The notes: generated by a model from the sequence alone, not told the origin. A stretch of DNA of 63,912 nt, filler included, from Hyphochytrium catenoides (GCA_900088475.1; 10 parts of 10 records of this genome joined end to end with filler, not necessarily neighbours in it); one strand, 5' to 3'; shown: positions 22,869-35,814, counted from the whole stretch's first letter. Made by a program: numbers and translations.

Positions 22869-24248
22869 ATGATGAGCACGGCGTCGCCGTTTTACTTCCC
22901 TTTCTCTTCCTCCGCCACTGCTTCTTCCTTCTCTTCTCTTCCATCCGCGCAGTCGTATGGCGGTCTTTCCCCTTCTCCCTCTCTCCTCATAACGGAGCAG
23001 GAGTTGCTCTTAAGAAAGCGCTTGGTGCATAGCACGAGAGAGAAGAAAAGAGTGAAGAAAATTGCCGATCTCTCTCATGAGTTGCAGATGAAGCTCCAAT
23101 CTGTTGGTTATAATATGAAGAGACCTACCCGTGTCTTCATTCTCTCTTCAGTCCTGGACTATGTTAAGAAGCTTGAGGACGAGCTACACAGAGTCAAGGG
23201 CGGCAGTGACGAGAAACGGAAGAGGAGAAAGATTGACGGACAAGAAGAGACAGGCCACGACAAAGAGAAGAACGGCTCTGGCGTAGAGGAAATGGGCAAG
23301 AAAGATGAGCCAGGAGGAGCAGAAGACGAAATGGAGGACGAGACTACCAGCGAGGGAAGCAGTAGCGGAGGAGGCGGAGAGCACAGCGGCAAGTCTTCTC
23401 CAGCTGCCCTTCTAGAAGAGGATGGAGAGGGAGAGACAGAGCTCTCTCCTGCTCCTGCTAAGACGGTGGAGGAACAAAAGAGAGAGAAGGAAGAGGCGCC
23501 GCCTTCACTCTCTAAATCTCTTGTCCCCCCCGCAGCCCAACCCAAGCAAACTCCTCAATTCTCCTCAGGAGTAGCTTCTCTTTGGACTTCTTCCTCTCTC
23601 TTCTCCAAACCATATCCTTCATCCTTCCCCATATCGAGCGCCCCTTCCCCGTCCTCAATCACACAGTCTCCTTTCCTCTCTTCGGCATCTTTCGCAAGCC
23701 CACCTTCTCCCTCGCCCCCCGTCGCTATCTGTACCTTCGACCTGAGGATCATGGAGTGCAATTCCTCTTTCTTGAGATTGTTCACACTCTCTCCCTCTCT
23801 CTTGGGACTTGCACGACAGAACATGTTCTCTATTTTCTCTCCTTCGGACGCTGTGAGGTTGACAGAGAGTATTCGTCAGCTTCTGAGTGGTGCAGCAGGA
23901 GGAGGAAGGAAGCAGCGCTCGCTTTGGTGCCCCTCCGTCTCTCTTACCACACCCTCTTCCTCTTTTCCGTCCCTGCCTGTGGACGTAGAGCTCACAGTCA
24001 TGTGGCATAAGGAGAGAGACATCTCTTGCCTTCGAATGGTCTTCTTTCCCACATCACCTTCTCTCTCGCCAAGCTCCAACGGGGAAGTAGGAGAAGGAAC
24101 GGCAACACCCTCTCTCTTCTCTTCCTCATCGCAGTTTACTCCCTCATCGTCTTCTGGAGTCAGAATGGCCCTCAGCCAGGAAGAAGAAGAGAGAGACAAG
24201 GGATGCAACGAGAAGGTAGCAGAAGGAAAGTCGCACCAGCAAGAGTAG
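22869..24248 (+). CDS. bHLH-PAS transcription factor (algal single-PAS type), intronless
   Basis: 459-aa ORF. bHLH: RKRLVHSTREKKRVKKIADLSHELQMKL...PTRVFILSSVLDYVKKLE. NLS-like KRKRRK. PAS-like: PVAICTFDLRIMECNSSFLRLF...NMFSIFSPSD. Confidence 0.85.
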   Translation: MMSTASPFYFPFSSSATASSFSSLPSAQSYGGLSPSPSLLITEQELLLRKRLVHSTREKKRVKKIADLSHELQMKLQSVGYNMKRPTRVFILSSVLDYVKKLEDELHRVKGGSDEKRKRRKIDGQEETGHDKEKNGSGVEEMGKKDEPGGAEDEMEDETTSEGSSSGGGGEHSGKSSPAALLEEDGEGETELSPAPAKTVEEQKREKEEAPPSLSKSLVPPAAQPKQTPQFSSGVASLWTSSSLFSKPYPSSFPISSAPSPSSITQSPFLSSASFASPPSPSPPVAICTFDLRIMECNSSFLRLFTLSPSLLGLARQNMFSIFSPSDAVRLTESIRQLLSGAAGGGRKQRSLWCPSVSLTTPSSSFPSLPVDVELTVMWHKERDISCLRMVFFPTSPSLSPSSNGEVGEGTATPSLFSSSSQFTPSSSSGVRMALSQEEEERDKGCNEKVAEGKSHQQE

Positions 24249-24718
24249 TCAACGCGTTTCTTTATCTGAAGGCCTAAGCAAAGGTTGGAAGATCGAGGAC
24301 AATTATGAACTTAGGGAACTGCATCCTTGAAAGCGTCGACAACGTAACGCTTTTCACTCCCTGTCTTCGGAGTCTCTTTCTCTTTTGCCTCTCTCTGTTT
24401 TGCTCTGGCTATGTATACTCATCGTCCGTGCCGTCTGCTTGCATGTTCGTTATCAAATAGCGGCTAGGGAGCTTTATTGTCATAGTAATCTAGAGCACTC
24501 CTTTCCTTTCTCTCTCTTGTCCTGGTGCATGCCACAGCTTTCAAAGAGTCGAACAAGAGCTCCACAAGCCAGAGCTTCATAGGCAAAGTTGCTGATTGTA
24601 CGACTGTAGCTCCAAGATCATCCACTGGATGCCTCCTGTACATAAAGAAATGTATCTCCCCACCGCTGAGCTCTGTTTTTCTTTCTGCCTGGGTCTAAAG
24701 CACCGCTGAATCTCTTTT

Positions 24719-24761
<43 letters not shown>

Positions 24762-25595
24762 TCTCTCACTCGCCTCTCACTCTCTCTCTCTCTCTCTCTC
24801 ACATCAACTGCTTAGCTACCTGTGCCATCTTCGTTCCGAAGGAATAAAAAGGAAACTTTGGTTACTGAGTATAAAGACTCTAACCGACAGAAATGAAACA
24901 TTGATGCGTCCTGAAAGTTTCATTCTGTAACGCCCTCCTGCTAAGGAAGAGAGAAAGAGCAAGAGAGGAACAGGTAGGAGAAGAGAGAAAACGACGAGGA
25001 TGCACAGCGAAGACACAAGGAAAGAGAACTGGGGAAGGAGGCAGGAGAGGGAGAGAGAGAGAGAGAGAGAGCACGCGGGAGACCGACAGCCTGAGAAAGG
25101 AGGAAGAGGGATCATGCTTGGGAGTGGTCTTATCTACGGAGAAGGATCGAAGTGATGGATGGTGGGGAAGGGGAGATGCTGCTTGCAGGAAGATAAGCAC
25201 TGAAGGGAAAGTGGGCCGAAGAGTTAAACAGGGAGAGAGACGACTGAATGGATGCGCTGGACTCTTGAAGACTATGGCTGACTCCCTGCACAGCACACGC
25301 GCTGAAGAGGGAGACGAACTGAGAGGTGAGAAGAGGAGAGAGAGAGAGAGGATTGTAAGAGGAGCCGGACACTGAAGCTTGTGATAGTCTTCAGTGTAGA
25401 AGAGCAATCAGGGAGATGCCAAGCCACGTCGCAGTTGTCTCCGTCTCATTTTCTCAATAAATATATACATCTTAGTTTCTCCAAGTTCATTCTCTTTCCT
25501 CCCTTCTTGTCTGTCTGCTGTCTGTCTCTTTCTCTCTCTCTCGCTTGCCGGCTTTCCGTCTCTCCTCTTCTCTTTTCCCTCCAGTTCCTGTCATA

Positions 25596-25841
25596 ATGCC
25601 TGCGAAGACACAGACTTCGCACGTCTTTCCTTTCTCGTGGGAAGTGGTGGTAGGCAGCTACTTCGAGAAGTATGAGGAAGTCCCAAACGAGAGACTGCCG
25701 GTAAAGAACCACGCGTTCTCTCTTCTTCCCTTTCTCTGCCTGGCCTGCCGATTCTCCATCTATCTATCTGACTTGGGCTGTGCTGAGCGTCTAAGGACCT
25801 AATTTCTCTATATTGGCTGGCAGACTCTGACTGGCTAGAGT

Positions 25842-25904
<63 letters not shown>

Positions 25905-27224
25905 ACTCCTTTATATCCGGTGTCTTTCTCGGTCGCTTATGACGGGAGAAACTGCTTATCTTCCATCGACTTTGTGCCCTATTGGGCATGCCGCTTTTCT
26001 CTCTCCCTGTCGCTGAGTCTTATGTTTCTTTCAGTTCGGATTATCGGTTCTCATGCCCGCTTTTGTCTCTCTTCTTATCCTTGTAACTTGAATGTGCGGC
26101 ATGGTGGCTCAGGAGCGCTGCTGCATTGGTCCTTGATCCTTCTTCTTTAGCCGTCAACTAGTGCCCTGTTCTTCTTAGGTCACCATCTTTGACTCTGGTT
26201 ACATATCTCTCTCTCTCTCTTGCTCGCTCTCTCTCTCTCCCTCTCTCTCGCTCTCTCTCTCTAACTGTCCTCTCTCACTCTATGTCTCTCTTTCTGTAAT
26301 AGGACCTCTTGAGCTGCTCTTACTCTTCCTGGACTAGCTGTGAGGCATCATCAACCGTCTCTTTCTCGCGTCTGTCCAATGTCCGACTCAATGCTCCTCA
26401 ATGGATGAAGAACATAGGCGGCGTGGATGCCATGACATTCTCTTCTCACATCTCCATCTGCAGGAAGGAGGGAGAAGAGAGATTAGAGATTGTGACAAGG
26501 AATCTTTCTCTCTCTCCCCGGGTAGACATGTTAGAGGTTTGTCGTTATGAGCCGGAGGAGAATGACAGGAGAGAGAAAACACTCTTGACGACAACTGCAG
26601 AGTTGAGAGTCACGTATATCCCGGGAGTCTCCGTGAGTTGAAGCTGTTGGTCACCCTCCGTCTCTTTTCATTTTCTTCCCACGTAATCTCTCTTCTTTCT
26701 TCCCAGGTGGCTCTACTCTTCTCTTGCTTGCGAAGGCTGGACTAGCTCTTTCTTCGATCCCTCGTTCTATCGCGGCGCTCAGAAGCTCTTCTCTCTCCTT
26801 ATCTACGGCTCTAGATAGATAGATGCCATCTTTCTTCCTGCTCCCTCACGTTGTTGCTTGCCTCTCTCCTCATCTGCCCTCGGGATAATTATTGTATATC
26901 TCTCTCCCTCTCTCTTTCTCATCTAGCGCTCACGCAACGCTTTCTCTCTCTCTCTTCCTCTCTCTGGCTTTCGTTTTTGGTTGCCTGGTTTATGGCTAAC
27001 TCAAACTACCTCTCGTCTTTCTTCGTCCTCTCTCTCTCTGCACTTCTTTGACTCTCTCTTTCTCTCTCCTTCTCTCTCTCTCTCCCAATCTTTTTCCGTT
27101 TTGTCTTTCTTTCCTCTAGAGCCATGTAGAATCAGTAATCCTAGGTAACTATAAGAAGTCCACAGCCCAGTGCAGAGAGAGGGAACTCGAGATTCTTGAG
27201 AGGAGGAATCAAAAGAGGACGGAG
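25596..27224 (+). CDS. PRELI/MSF1-like lipid-transfer domain protein, 3' incomplete
   Basis: Exons 25596-25700 (MPAKTQTSHVFPFSWEVVVGSYFEKY), 26303-26632 (RLSNVRLNAPQWMK...LEIVTRNLSLS...LEVCRYEP...KTLLTTTAEL) and 27120-27224 (SHVESVILGNYKKS...). All junctions are phase 0 GT-AG. Confidence 0.75.
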
Positions 27225-27330
27225 GTGAGCTGGTCCTCCTCTCTCTCTCTCTCACTCTCACACACTCTCTTTCTCTCCCTCTCTCTCTCTCTCTCTTACC
27301 CTCTCTCTCTCTCACTCTCTCTCACTCTCA

Positions 27331-27367
<37 letters not shown>

Positions 27368-29453
27368 TCGTCTGTCTCTCTCTCTCACTCTCTCTCACTC
27401 TCTCTCTCTCTCCCCTCCATCTTTGCTGGATCTGACTCTCTTCCAAGTGATGCTTGTCTTCGCTGACCTTGGTCTACTTTCTCATTTCTTTCCTCTAGTT
27501 CTCTCTTCCATATGACGAGTGGAACGCGTTCTCTTCTACTTCCAATAAAACCATTAATTTCTGTTCCTTCTCTCCTTCCTCCTTCTCTCAATCTCTTGTC
27601 TCTCTCTCACTCACGCAGTTTTTCTTTTCTTCTCTTTGTCTCTCATTCTCTCCCGCTGGTGGTCGCTCTCCAGCNNNNNNNNNNNNNNNNNNNNNNNNNN
27701 NNNNNNNNNNNNNNNNNNTTAATTAATTAANNNNNNNNNNNNNNNNNNNNNNNNNNNNNNNNNNNNNNNNNNNNCACAAAGAGAGAGACAGAGAGAGAGA
27801 GAAAGAAGAGAGAAAGAGAGATTTTATTTTCCTACACTAGAATTTTTACACACCCTGTCTTTGTTCTTTATACTACAAGAACATCGCCTTCGTTTCCTTG
27901 TCTCCCGTTTCCTAGGACACTACTGTTCTACAACTTTTGGAACAGGAGAACTACCGTTTTACATGGTTTCCTTTCTTTCCTGGCAGACAGAAAATAGGAG
28001 AGAAAGGAGCTACACTGGCCATTAGTTGGCCCGCAAGTCTGTCTCTCCCAGAGCATAGTGCGGAGCATGGCGTGGCCCGTCTGTCCTAGGAAGTGTGTTC
28101 TGCTTCTGGCTTTCTGGTTCTGTTTCCCTCTGGGGTCCGTTCCTTAGATTCCCTCTTTGCTCTCCCTATTTCTCTCTCTCTCTTTTCCTTCCTCTTGCTT
28201 TCTCTCTCTCTCTTTTGACTCTCTTTCTCTCTCTCTCTCTCTCTCTTTCCTCTCTCTCTTTCACCGTAGTCATCTACTACTCTTTTGCTCGCATGACCTT
28301 GTCTGTGGGAGTATCTCTCGCCTCTGCTCTCTTCTTCTGTTTCCTTCTCTGCGCTCTTCTTCTGTTTCCTTCTCTCATCATGGAAAGAGACATAGACTTC
28401 TTTATGGATCTTCTCTGCTTCGTTTCCTGTCGGCGTGTCGTGCATAAAAGAAAGGTGGTTTCGATCATCTAGAATCTCTGGCAACGATGGCTGGTATCCT
28501 CTCCCCAATTTCAACTCATGTTCCTTCCTTGTTTCCCGACGCGTAGAGAGCTCCCGTTCGTTGGTTGGTGTTGACTCTTTCTTTCTTTTGAGAGAAGCAC
28601 TGCTTTCTCTTCTCTCTTTCTGTCTTCTCTCTCGTTCTATCTATCTACCTCTCTATCTATTTCTTACTCTGGGTCACTCTCTCTCTCGCTCGCTCTCTCG
28701 CCCTTTCCTCTCTCTCTCTTTTCGTTGCTCTTTGCTCTTCCCCCCCTCTCTCCTCCCGCTACTATAATCTCTCCCTTTCTTTCTACTCTCTCTCCTCCCG
28801 GTAATTCTCTATCGCTTGTGCGCTCTCTCTCTCTCTCAGAACCCATGCCTGGAGCGTCCTTTTCTCTTCTTGAAAGGAACGGACCTTGTACAAGGTTCCC
28901 CCCCACCCTTTCTAAACAAAAGAGGCGACGCCCAAAAAGAGCCCTTGAGAGAAAGTCAGAGGTGCGAACCTTCGAGGTTCTCTTTCTTTTCTCTCGTCGC
29001 TTCTCCCTCCAAATTTGTTGGAGCCTGCCTTCTCCTTCTCCAGAACAGGAATCGCCAAGAACAAGAAGGGATCTCTACTACGAGGATAATCCTGTCTCCC
29101 TCTCTTTGCCTTTGCTTTTTAGCCTTTTCTCCGGCAAACGTCAGCATCTCTTCCACGTATGTCGCCAGTGTGTCTATTCCATCTCTCTCTCCTCTCCCCT
29201 ATCTCTCTCGCACTCTTTTCTCTCTCTCTTATATAGCACATTAGGTAGAAGGGAGAGAGAAGGAGAGGGAAGAAAGTGAGAGAGAGAGGATGCAAACGTA
29301 GCAAGGCAAGGCCAAGAGCCTTCCCTTCCTCAAGCCTCTTCTCAGATCCATGTCATTTCCCAAGTTCCCTGCTTACGATCAACCAGCAGCTTCATCCCAA
29401 GACAGCGTTTTGTCTATCTTCTTCCTTCTTTTCTAAAACACAGAGAGGAAACG

Positions 29454-30734
29454 ATGAAGACCTTTAGCATCGCTTCCGTTCTTCTTCTTGCCTCTCTCTC
29501 CCAATGCACCTCAGCTGAGCAGAGCGAGACAGAGCCCGTCACTTCCAACCTTCGCGGGCTTCAGTTTGGCTTCGGAGGAAGCAGCGCCATCGCCTCTGGA
29601 GACGCTTTCTCCTCCGGCGGGCTCTTTGGAGGCTCTAGCTCTAGCGCTCTGTCTGCTGCTAACTCTTTCGGCGGTGGACTATTTGGTGGATCTAGCGCTA
29701 ATGCTCTATCTAGTGCCAACTCTATCTCGACGGGTGGACTGTTCGGCGGCGGCTTTTCCTCTGCTAACTCCCTGGCAGACGCTAGCAGCTTCAGCACTGG
29801 CGGTGGCCTCTTCGGACTAGGAGGATCATCTGCCAATGCTTTTGCCTCTTCTGGCGCCAGCTCTCTTGGCGGCTGGGGATCCGGATCTTCCTCTTCCGCT
29901 CAAAGTTTCGCATCTGCCAGCGGTCTAGGCGGCGGCAGTGCCAGCGCGTTTGGCTCTGCATCTGCTGGCAGCGGAGGCCTCTGGGGCGGTTCATACGCAT
30001 CTTCTAACGCTTATGCCCAGGCTGGCGGCTATGGCTTTGGAGGCAGACGCTTCAACCTTCTTCCTCTGTGGGGCTACTCTCTTCCTCCCACATCCCACTG
30101 GTCTCTCCTCTATCAGCGTCCTCCTCTGTCCTTCTTGGATGGCGCGTTCTTCTACAGATCTCATCAGAACTTCCTGGACAATCTGGATGGCATTGGCCAT
30201 CGCACGCAGTGTGTTAACCGCCGCTGTGTGACCATCTCCTATGACAATGGCCGCGTAGACAGGCAGTACCAGTGGGACGATGAGAACGGAGAATATGAGC
30301 AGTACTACGCGACAGACGTCACTGTCAAGCCTGAATCTGAGGCTAACGGAGAGGTTGTTATCAACACGAGGAATGGCTATATGACGCTCTCTCTCCCGTA
30401 TATGGAGCCTGCAAAGACCGTGGAAGACAACAAGGGCCGCCCTGTCCCTGTTGTTCTCCAGGGCGTCATGTTCCCGGAAGAGGGAGGACCGTTCGACTGC
30501 CTCCACTGGGACACGCCGGAACAGTTCAATGGCCTGCCTGGCACTTTGAATGTGGGGAGAGACGAGAAGCACAGACCTCTTCTTGGCTACAAGGTACAGA
30601 ATTTCACTACCCCAGGCTATCACTGTGTGAAGCACGATGATGACTCCAAGCAGATTGCCTTTGCTGACAAGGGAGAGGGAGAGAGATTCTCCGTTGAGCA
30701 CGGAAGCAACAAGGTTGTCAAGTCCACTGAGTAA
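29454..30734 (+). CDS. Secreted Gly/Ser/Ala-rich repeat protein with an unrecognised C-terminal globular domain, intronless
   Basis: 426-aa ORF with a signal peptide (MKTFSIASVLLLASLSQCTSA), NLRGLQ motif, about 8 repeats of the type GGLFGGSSANALSSANS, then ~225 aa of complex sequence. Microsatellite-free and clearly coding-like. Confidence 0.85.
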   Translation: MKTFSIASVLLLASLSQCTSAEQSETEPVTSNLRGLQFGFGGSSAIASGDAFSSGGLFGGSSSSALSAANSFGGGLFGGSSANALSSANSISTGGLFGGGFSSANSLADASSFSTGGGLFGLGGSSANAFASSGASSLGGWGSGSSSSAQSFASASGLGGGSASAFGSASAGSGGLWGGSYASSNAYAQAGGYGFGGRRFNLLPLWGYSLPPTSHWSLLYQRPPLSFLDGAFFYRSHQNFLDNLDGIGHRTQCVNRRCVTISYDNGRVDRQYQWDDENGEYEQYYATDVTVKPESEANGEVVINTRNGYMTLSLPYMEPAKTVEDNKGRPVPVVLQGVMFPEEGGPFDCLHWDTPEQFNGLPGTLNVGRDEKHRPLLGYKVQNFTTPGYHCVKHDDDSKQIAFADKGEGERFSVEHGSNKVVKSTE

Positions 30735-31252
30735 CGCAGTGGAAGAGAGAGAGAGAGAGAGACTCCGGTGCATTATTTATATGTATAGCCTGATTAATAC
30801 TAGTTCTTTGTTACCGAGGTATTCCTTCTCAATCCTGTCGAATCCTTTGCCATATCAGTATATAGAAGTCGAGGAAGAGAGAGAGAGAGAGAGAAAGACG
30901 GTAAAGTTGTCTCTCAATCGCCCGATTTTAAGAGCACAAGAGAAAGAGAGAGAGGCTGGACCTTCTTCTTAGGCTCACAATTCCAACCCCAGAGAGAGAG
31001 AGAGCAAGAAGAGCTACTCGATATAGATATCAGCAAACAAGAGAGAAAAGAGAGAGAGAGAGAGAGAAAGCGCCAATGATGGACGACAAAAGAGGAACGC
31101 TTTGAGCCTCAGGAAATGGCGCAGGGGAAAAGGAATCGTCTCGCTTCTTTCTATTGACAAGCAACCCACATATGTAAAGAGTCTATCGCCTCCACATCCT
31201 AAATAACTGGCATATAACAGGAGTACCTACGAGAATCTGCACTATCTGCTCT

Positions 31253-33742
31253 TCACAATTCAGAATGGTCCACCGATGAGCGGCGATGTAGCTCGTCCAT
31301 GACTCTTCCCAGCGGAGAGCTAGCACCTTCTTCTCGAGGAGGCTTTGGCTCCGAGAGTCTTCTCTCTCTCTCTTCTTCCATCCATTGATCTGCTAGCAGC
31401 TGGTTCTGATGTCTCTCCAGCGCCTGAAAGGGTGGATTGGATGAGTAAGACAATTCAAACAGCCAGCAAAGACTACTCGCTCCTGTGGGATGCTCGCTCT
31501 TATCTCTCGTTGCAGTGTCTTCTGTCTGTCTGTCTGTCTCTCTCTCCCTCTTTCTCTTCTCTCTGTTTGCCTTCTCTTCCTTACCTGGTCCTCCTCCTCT
31601 CGTCTGACTTGCTGGATCCTCATCTGCTGCTCCGCATCCTCCGCTTCGTCCGCCAGCTTNNNNNNNNNNNNNNNNNNNNNNNNNNNNNNNNNNNNNNNNN
31701 NNNNNNNNNNNATTCTTCTGGACTGCTCAGCGTCTTCCGCCTGTCTCGACAAATATTGGTCCCAACCGCGATCGAGGTCAATCGAGGGTTATGGGAGGAA
31801 GCACAGAGCCGGAATTGAAAGGGAAAGAGAGAGGAAAAGTAGAGGTCAGAAGATAGAGTGAGAAAGAAAGAGCGAAGATAGACAGAGAAAGAGAGAACAA
31901 AAGACAGAGACAGGTAATAGGAGAGAAAAGGCACTGAAAGAGAGAGAAAGAAAGAGAGAGAAGAGTGAGATATTCAGACAGGCAGACGGGAGAATGGTCA
32001 GGTCAACGGCAAAAGGAATCGAGAGCTTGAACCTCGAAAGCCAGGGACAAAAGAGAGAAGATGAAGTCCTCTCCTACCTCCATAGAGTAAAGAATATTCC
32101 TCTCTCTCTCCTCAGCAGCTTCTCTCTCCAATAGCTGCTCTTCTAAGATTCGACGCTGCTGCTCCTCGTCCTAGCGAGAGGAAGACGTCAGAATGAATGG
32201 AGGAGACCATCTTCCACTGTTTCTCTTCTTTCAGTTAACATCCTCTGTCCGTCACTCGGTTTCTCTCTCTCTCTCTCTTCTGTGCACCGCTGGCTCATAA
32301 CCTAGCTCTCCACAATATCTCTCATCTCTCTCCTGCGGCTTCGCTTTTACCGTTGCGTACATCCTTTCCCTCAGCACATTTTCTTGCACCAAAATGCCCC
32401 GCCACACTCTTTCTCCCTTATCTTCATCGGCCAGTCTTTTCCTCGTATCTTTCTCCCCTCTCCCTCTTCTTATACTCTCTCTTTTCTCTTTTCTTCCTCT
32501 CTTTTCCCCTCTCGTCTCTATCTCTCACTTGTTTCCCTCTCCTATCCCTTTATCTATCTATCTCTCCCTTCACTTCGCTCAATCTTTCTCTCTCACTCTC
32601 TCTCCACCTGGGCTTTCTCTTTATTTACTGTCCGATCACTCACCTCGACTGCAGACATCTTTCTCCTTAGCGGCTCTCTCCTCTCTCTGTCATCTTCGCT
32701 CTCGATCTGAGAGGATTCCAATTCAGCGGCCTGCAGCTCCTCAGCTGCTCTGTTATGACGAGACATATCCTCCACTCTCTCCTGAAGAGAGAGAGAAGAC
32801 TGACCACCTGAGGAAGACAGCTGCAGGTCAGAAAAGAGAGAGAGAGAAGGGGCACCTGGAGCCTGTGATGAGGAAGAGAGAGGCGCAAGAGAGAGCCCCC
32901 CAAAGAGAGAGGCTTCCTGCTTTTCGGACGGTGAGGGAGCTGAAGGAGCAAGAGAGAGACCGCCAAAAAGAGAACTATCTTGCTTGGTTTGGGATGGGGA
33001 AGAGCCTGAAGGGGAGAGAGAAACGCTGCCAAAGAGAGGCTTCTCTCTCTCTGTTCCTTCTGTTATGGCTCCTGGCGTCTCTTGGGCTTGACCTGCAGAA
33101 GGAGAGAGAGATGATTCTCCGTCAGCTTTCTCCTCTTCTACATCTGGAGTCGCGTGTGTGGAGTCCTTTGCCGGGAGAAGAGAGAGACCACCAAAGAGTG
33201 AGGCACCGTCTCCCGCTATCTCTTCATTTTGCGCTACATTGGACTCTTTCTCTTCTTGCCCCTCTCCTGTCTGTTCTAAAGCTGAGTCTTCCGGTTGTTC
33301 AGGCAAAAAGCTCTGACTTGTGGAAGAGAGAGAGAGGCCGCCAAAGAGAGAACTTCCTCCTCTCTCCTCTTTTGCGTCCACCTTCCCAATAGGCTCCACC
33401 TCTCTCCTGCCTATGTCCAAGCTTTCGGCCGTGTAAGTTGCAGGAGAGAGAACGTGCACGTGAGGCGGAGGAGGAGGCGGAGGAGAAGGTCCTACGGTCG
33501 GGGAAGAGAGAGGAACAGCGGAGGAATGGGGAGAGGGAGAGAGCATCTCCTCTCCTTCGTGTCTATCCTTTCGTCTCTCTCTCTCTTCTTTCAAAGCATC
33601 CAAATGACTTCGCAACTCATCCACTTCAGCTTCCAGTTCCGCGGCTGTGTCATAGTCTTCCACCTCCGCCGCTTGCTCCATCTGTCAGGGAAGAGAGAGA
33701 GCGACCATACAATACCACATCCCATTCCATTAAGAGAGAGAG

Positions 33743-33780
<38 letters not shown>

Positions 33781-34859
33781 GAAGAAAGAGACAGACAGTG
33801 TGTGTGAGAGACTGAGAGGGAGAGGAGGCGACGAGTAGAGAAGGCACATAAGATGGGAGAACGGATACGAAGCAGGAGGATCCTTTTGACCAACACGTGA
33901 GAGAGGCCGCAGCGATGGTAAATCAAGTTTAAGGCACTGAGGCAGTAGAGAGAGAGAGAGAGATACAGAGAGAGAGTGAGAAAGAAGGAGAGAAAGAGAG
34001 AGAGAGTGAGAGAGAAAGAAGGAGAGAAAGAGAGAGAGAGTGAGAGAGAGCGAGAGAGAGGAGAGAAAGACAGACCCTTTTACCTGCAATTCTAAATCTT
34101 CGACATGTCTCTCCAGTTCTTCTATCTCCTTTTCTAACTCCTCTGAAGACATAACTTCCTCTCCGTCATCCTCCGCTGTCTCTTCTCTCTCCTCATCCTC
34201 TCGGCTGCCAAGAGAGAAGGAAAGGCACATAGAAAGTGAGTGACCTTTTTGGTCAGGAACAGTAAGGAGATAGAGAAAAGAGACCGATACTGAGGAGACT
34301 GAAGGGGAGAAGCATCGGGAAAACAAGCAGGAGCGCAAAGGAGCCAATCTTCACAAGAAGGAAAGAGAAAAGACAGAAAGTGAAGAGAAGAGAAAAGGGA
34401 GAAGAGAGAAAGAGTATATTACAGAGAATAGAAAGGGGTTAGGATGGTGGAGATAAGAAGAAGAGAGAGAGCAAAGGCTGTGCCCGATGCCTCAGACCTA
34501 GGAGAGTACTCCTGAGATGTTTCCACCCTTTCCACAGCATCCTCTTTCTTCTCTGTCTCGTGGTTTGTGTCAGAAGAGAGGGGAGCTGGGGAGGTGTCCT
34601 CCTCTACCGTCTCCACTCTTTCTCCTCGATCTTTCGTGTCTCTCTCTCCTCCCCGAGAGCGCGGTGGTTCGGGAGGTCTGGGCATTTCTTCTTCTTCAGA
34701 GTCGTCTTCTGGAGAAGACGCTCCTTCTGGCCCATCATCTACTTCTAACCCTGGAGAGAATAGAACGTTGCGGCGAGAGAGAGAGAGAGAGAGAAGGTGC
34801 GGGGGAGAGTCAGGGCGGCGTAAAAGACGAAAGGGAAAGAGAGAAGACATGGGTAGGGA

Positions 34860-34892
<33 letters not shown>

Positions 34893-35308
34893 TGAGGGAC
34901 AGAGAGAGAGACTTCAAGCAAAGACAGAGGAAGAAGAAGTGAGAGAGACCGGAGAAAGGAAACGAAAGAGCTCTACAGAGTATATACTATGCGACCTAAT
35001 AACGTTGCAGACTCCTACCATGTTTCTTCTGCAAGTCTTCTATGGCTCGTGTGCAGCTTGAGAGCTCTGACTCCAGGAGCATAATGGCAGCGGAGTGAAA
35101 GCCAGATGACTCCTTTCTCTCTCTCTCTCCTGCTGCGTCTCCCTCCTGGTGGGCAGCTGCCTGTCTCTTGATCCTTCTAATGGCTCGCTTGATCCCACCA
35201 ATGTCTTCTTTCAGAAGAGAGAGCTTCCTCAGATCAAGGCCTTTCTCTATCTCCTTCAGCTCTGCTTCCTTCTCATCCTATAACAAACGTAATGAGAGAA
35301 ACGAGAGA

Positions 35309-35354
<46 letters not shown>

Positions 35355-35782
35355 CAGGGACTAGGAGAAAGAGTAGAAATTGGGGAAGAAGAGAGAAGGA
35401 GAACAAGACAGGAGAGACAACTGTAGAGAGAGAGAGAGAAAAAACACGCTATTTTATACGACCGCCAAAGCATAAAGTGGAACGGAACGGTAGGAAGAGC
35501 GAGAGAAGGCAAAAGCGAAGAAGAGAAAAGAGGGACCAAGAGAGGCGCACCAGAACTTCCTTCTTCTCTTGGAGTTCCTCCTCCAGGTCCTTGAGCATCA
35601 AAGAAGAGGCCTCCAGCTCTGTCTGCGCCTCTTCTTGCTGCGCCTGCAGAGTCTTCAGCTCCTTGCTGAGCCGAGCCGCCTCCTTGTAGTTCTTAGCGCC
35701 GGCAGCGATCTGGGGGTAGGAGCGAGAGCAGATGTGGGAACACACCGTGAGAAGCAAAAGCAAGGGAAAGGAGGCAAGAGGC

Positions 35783-35814
<32 letters not shown>

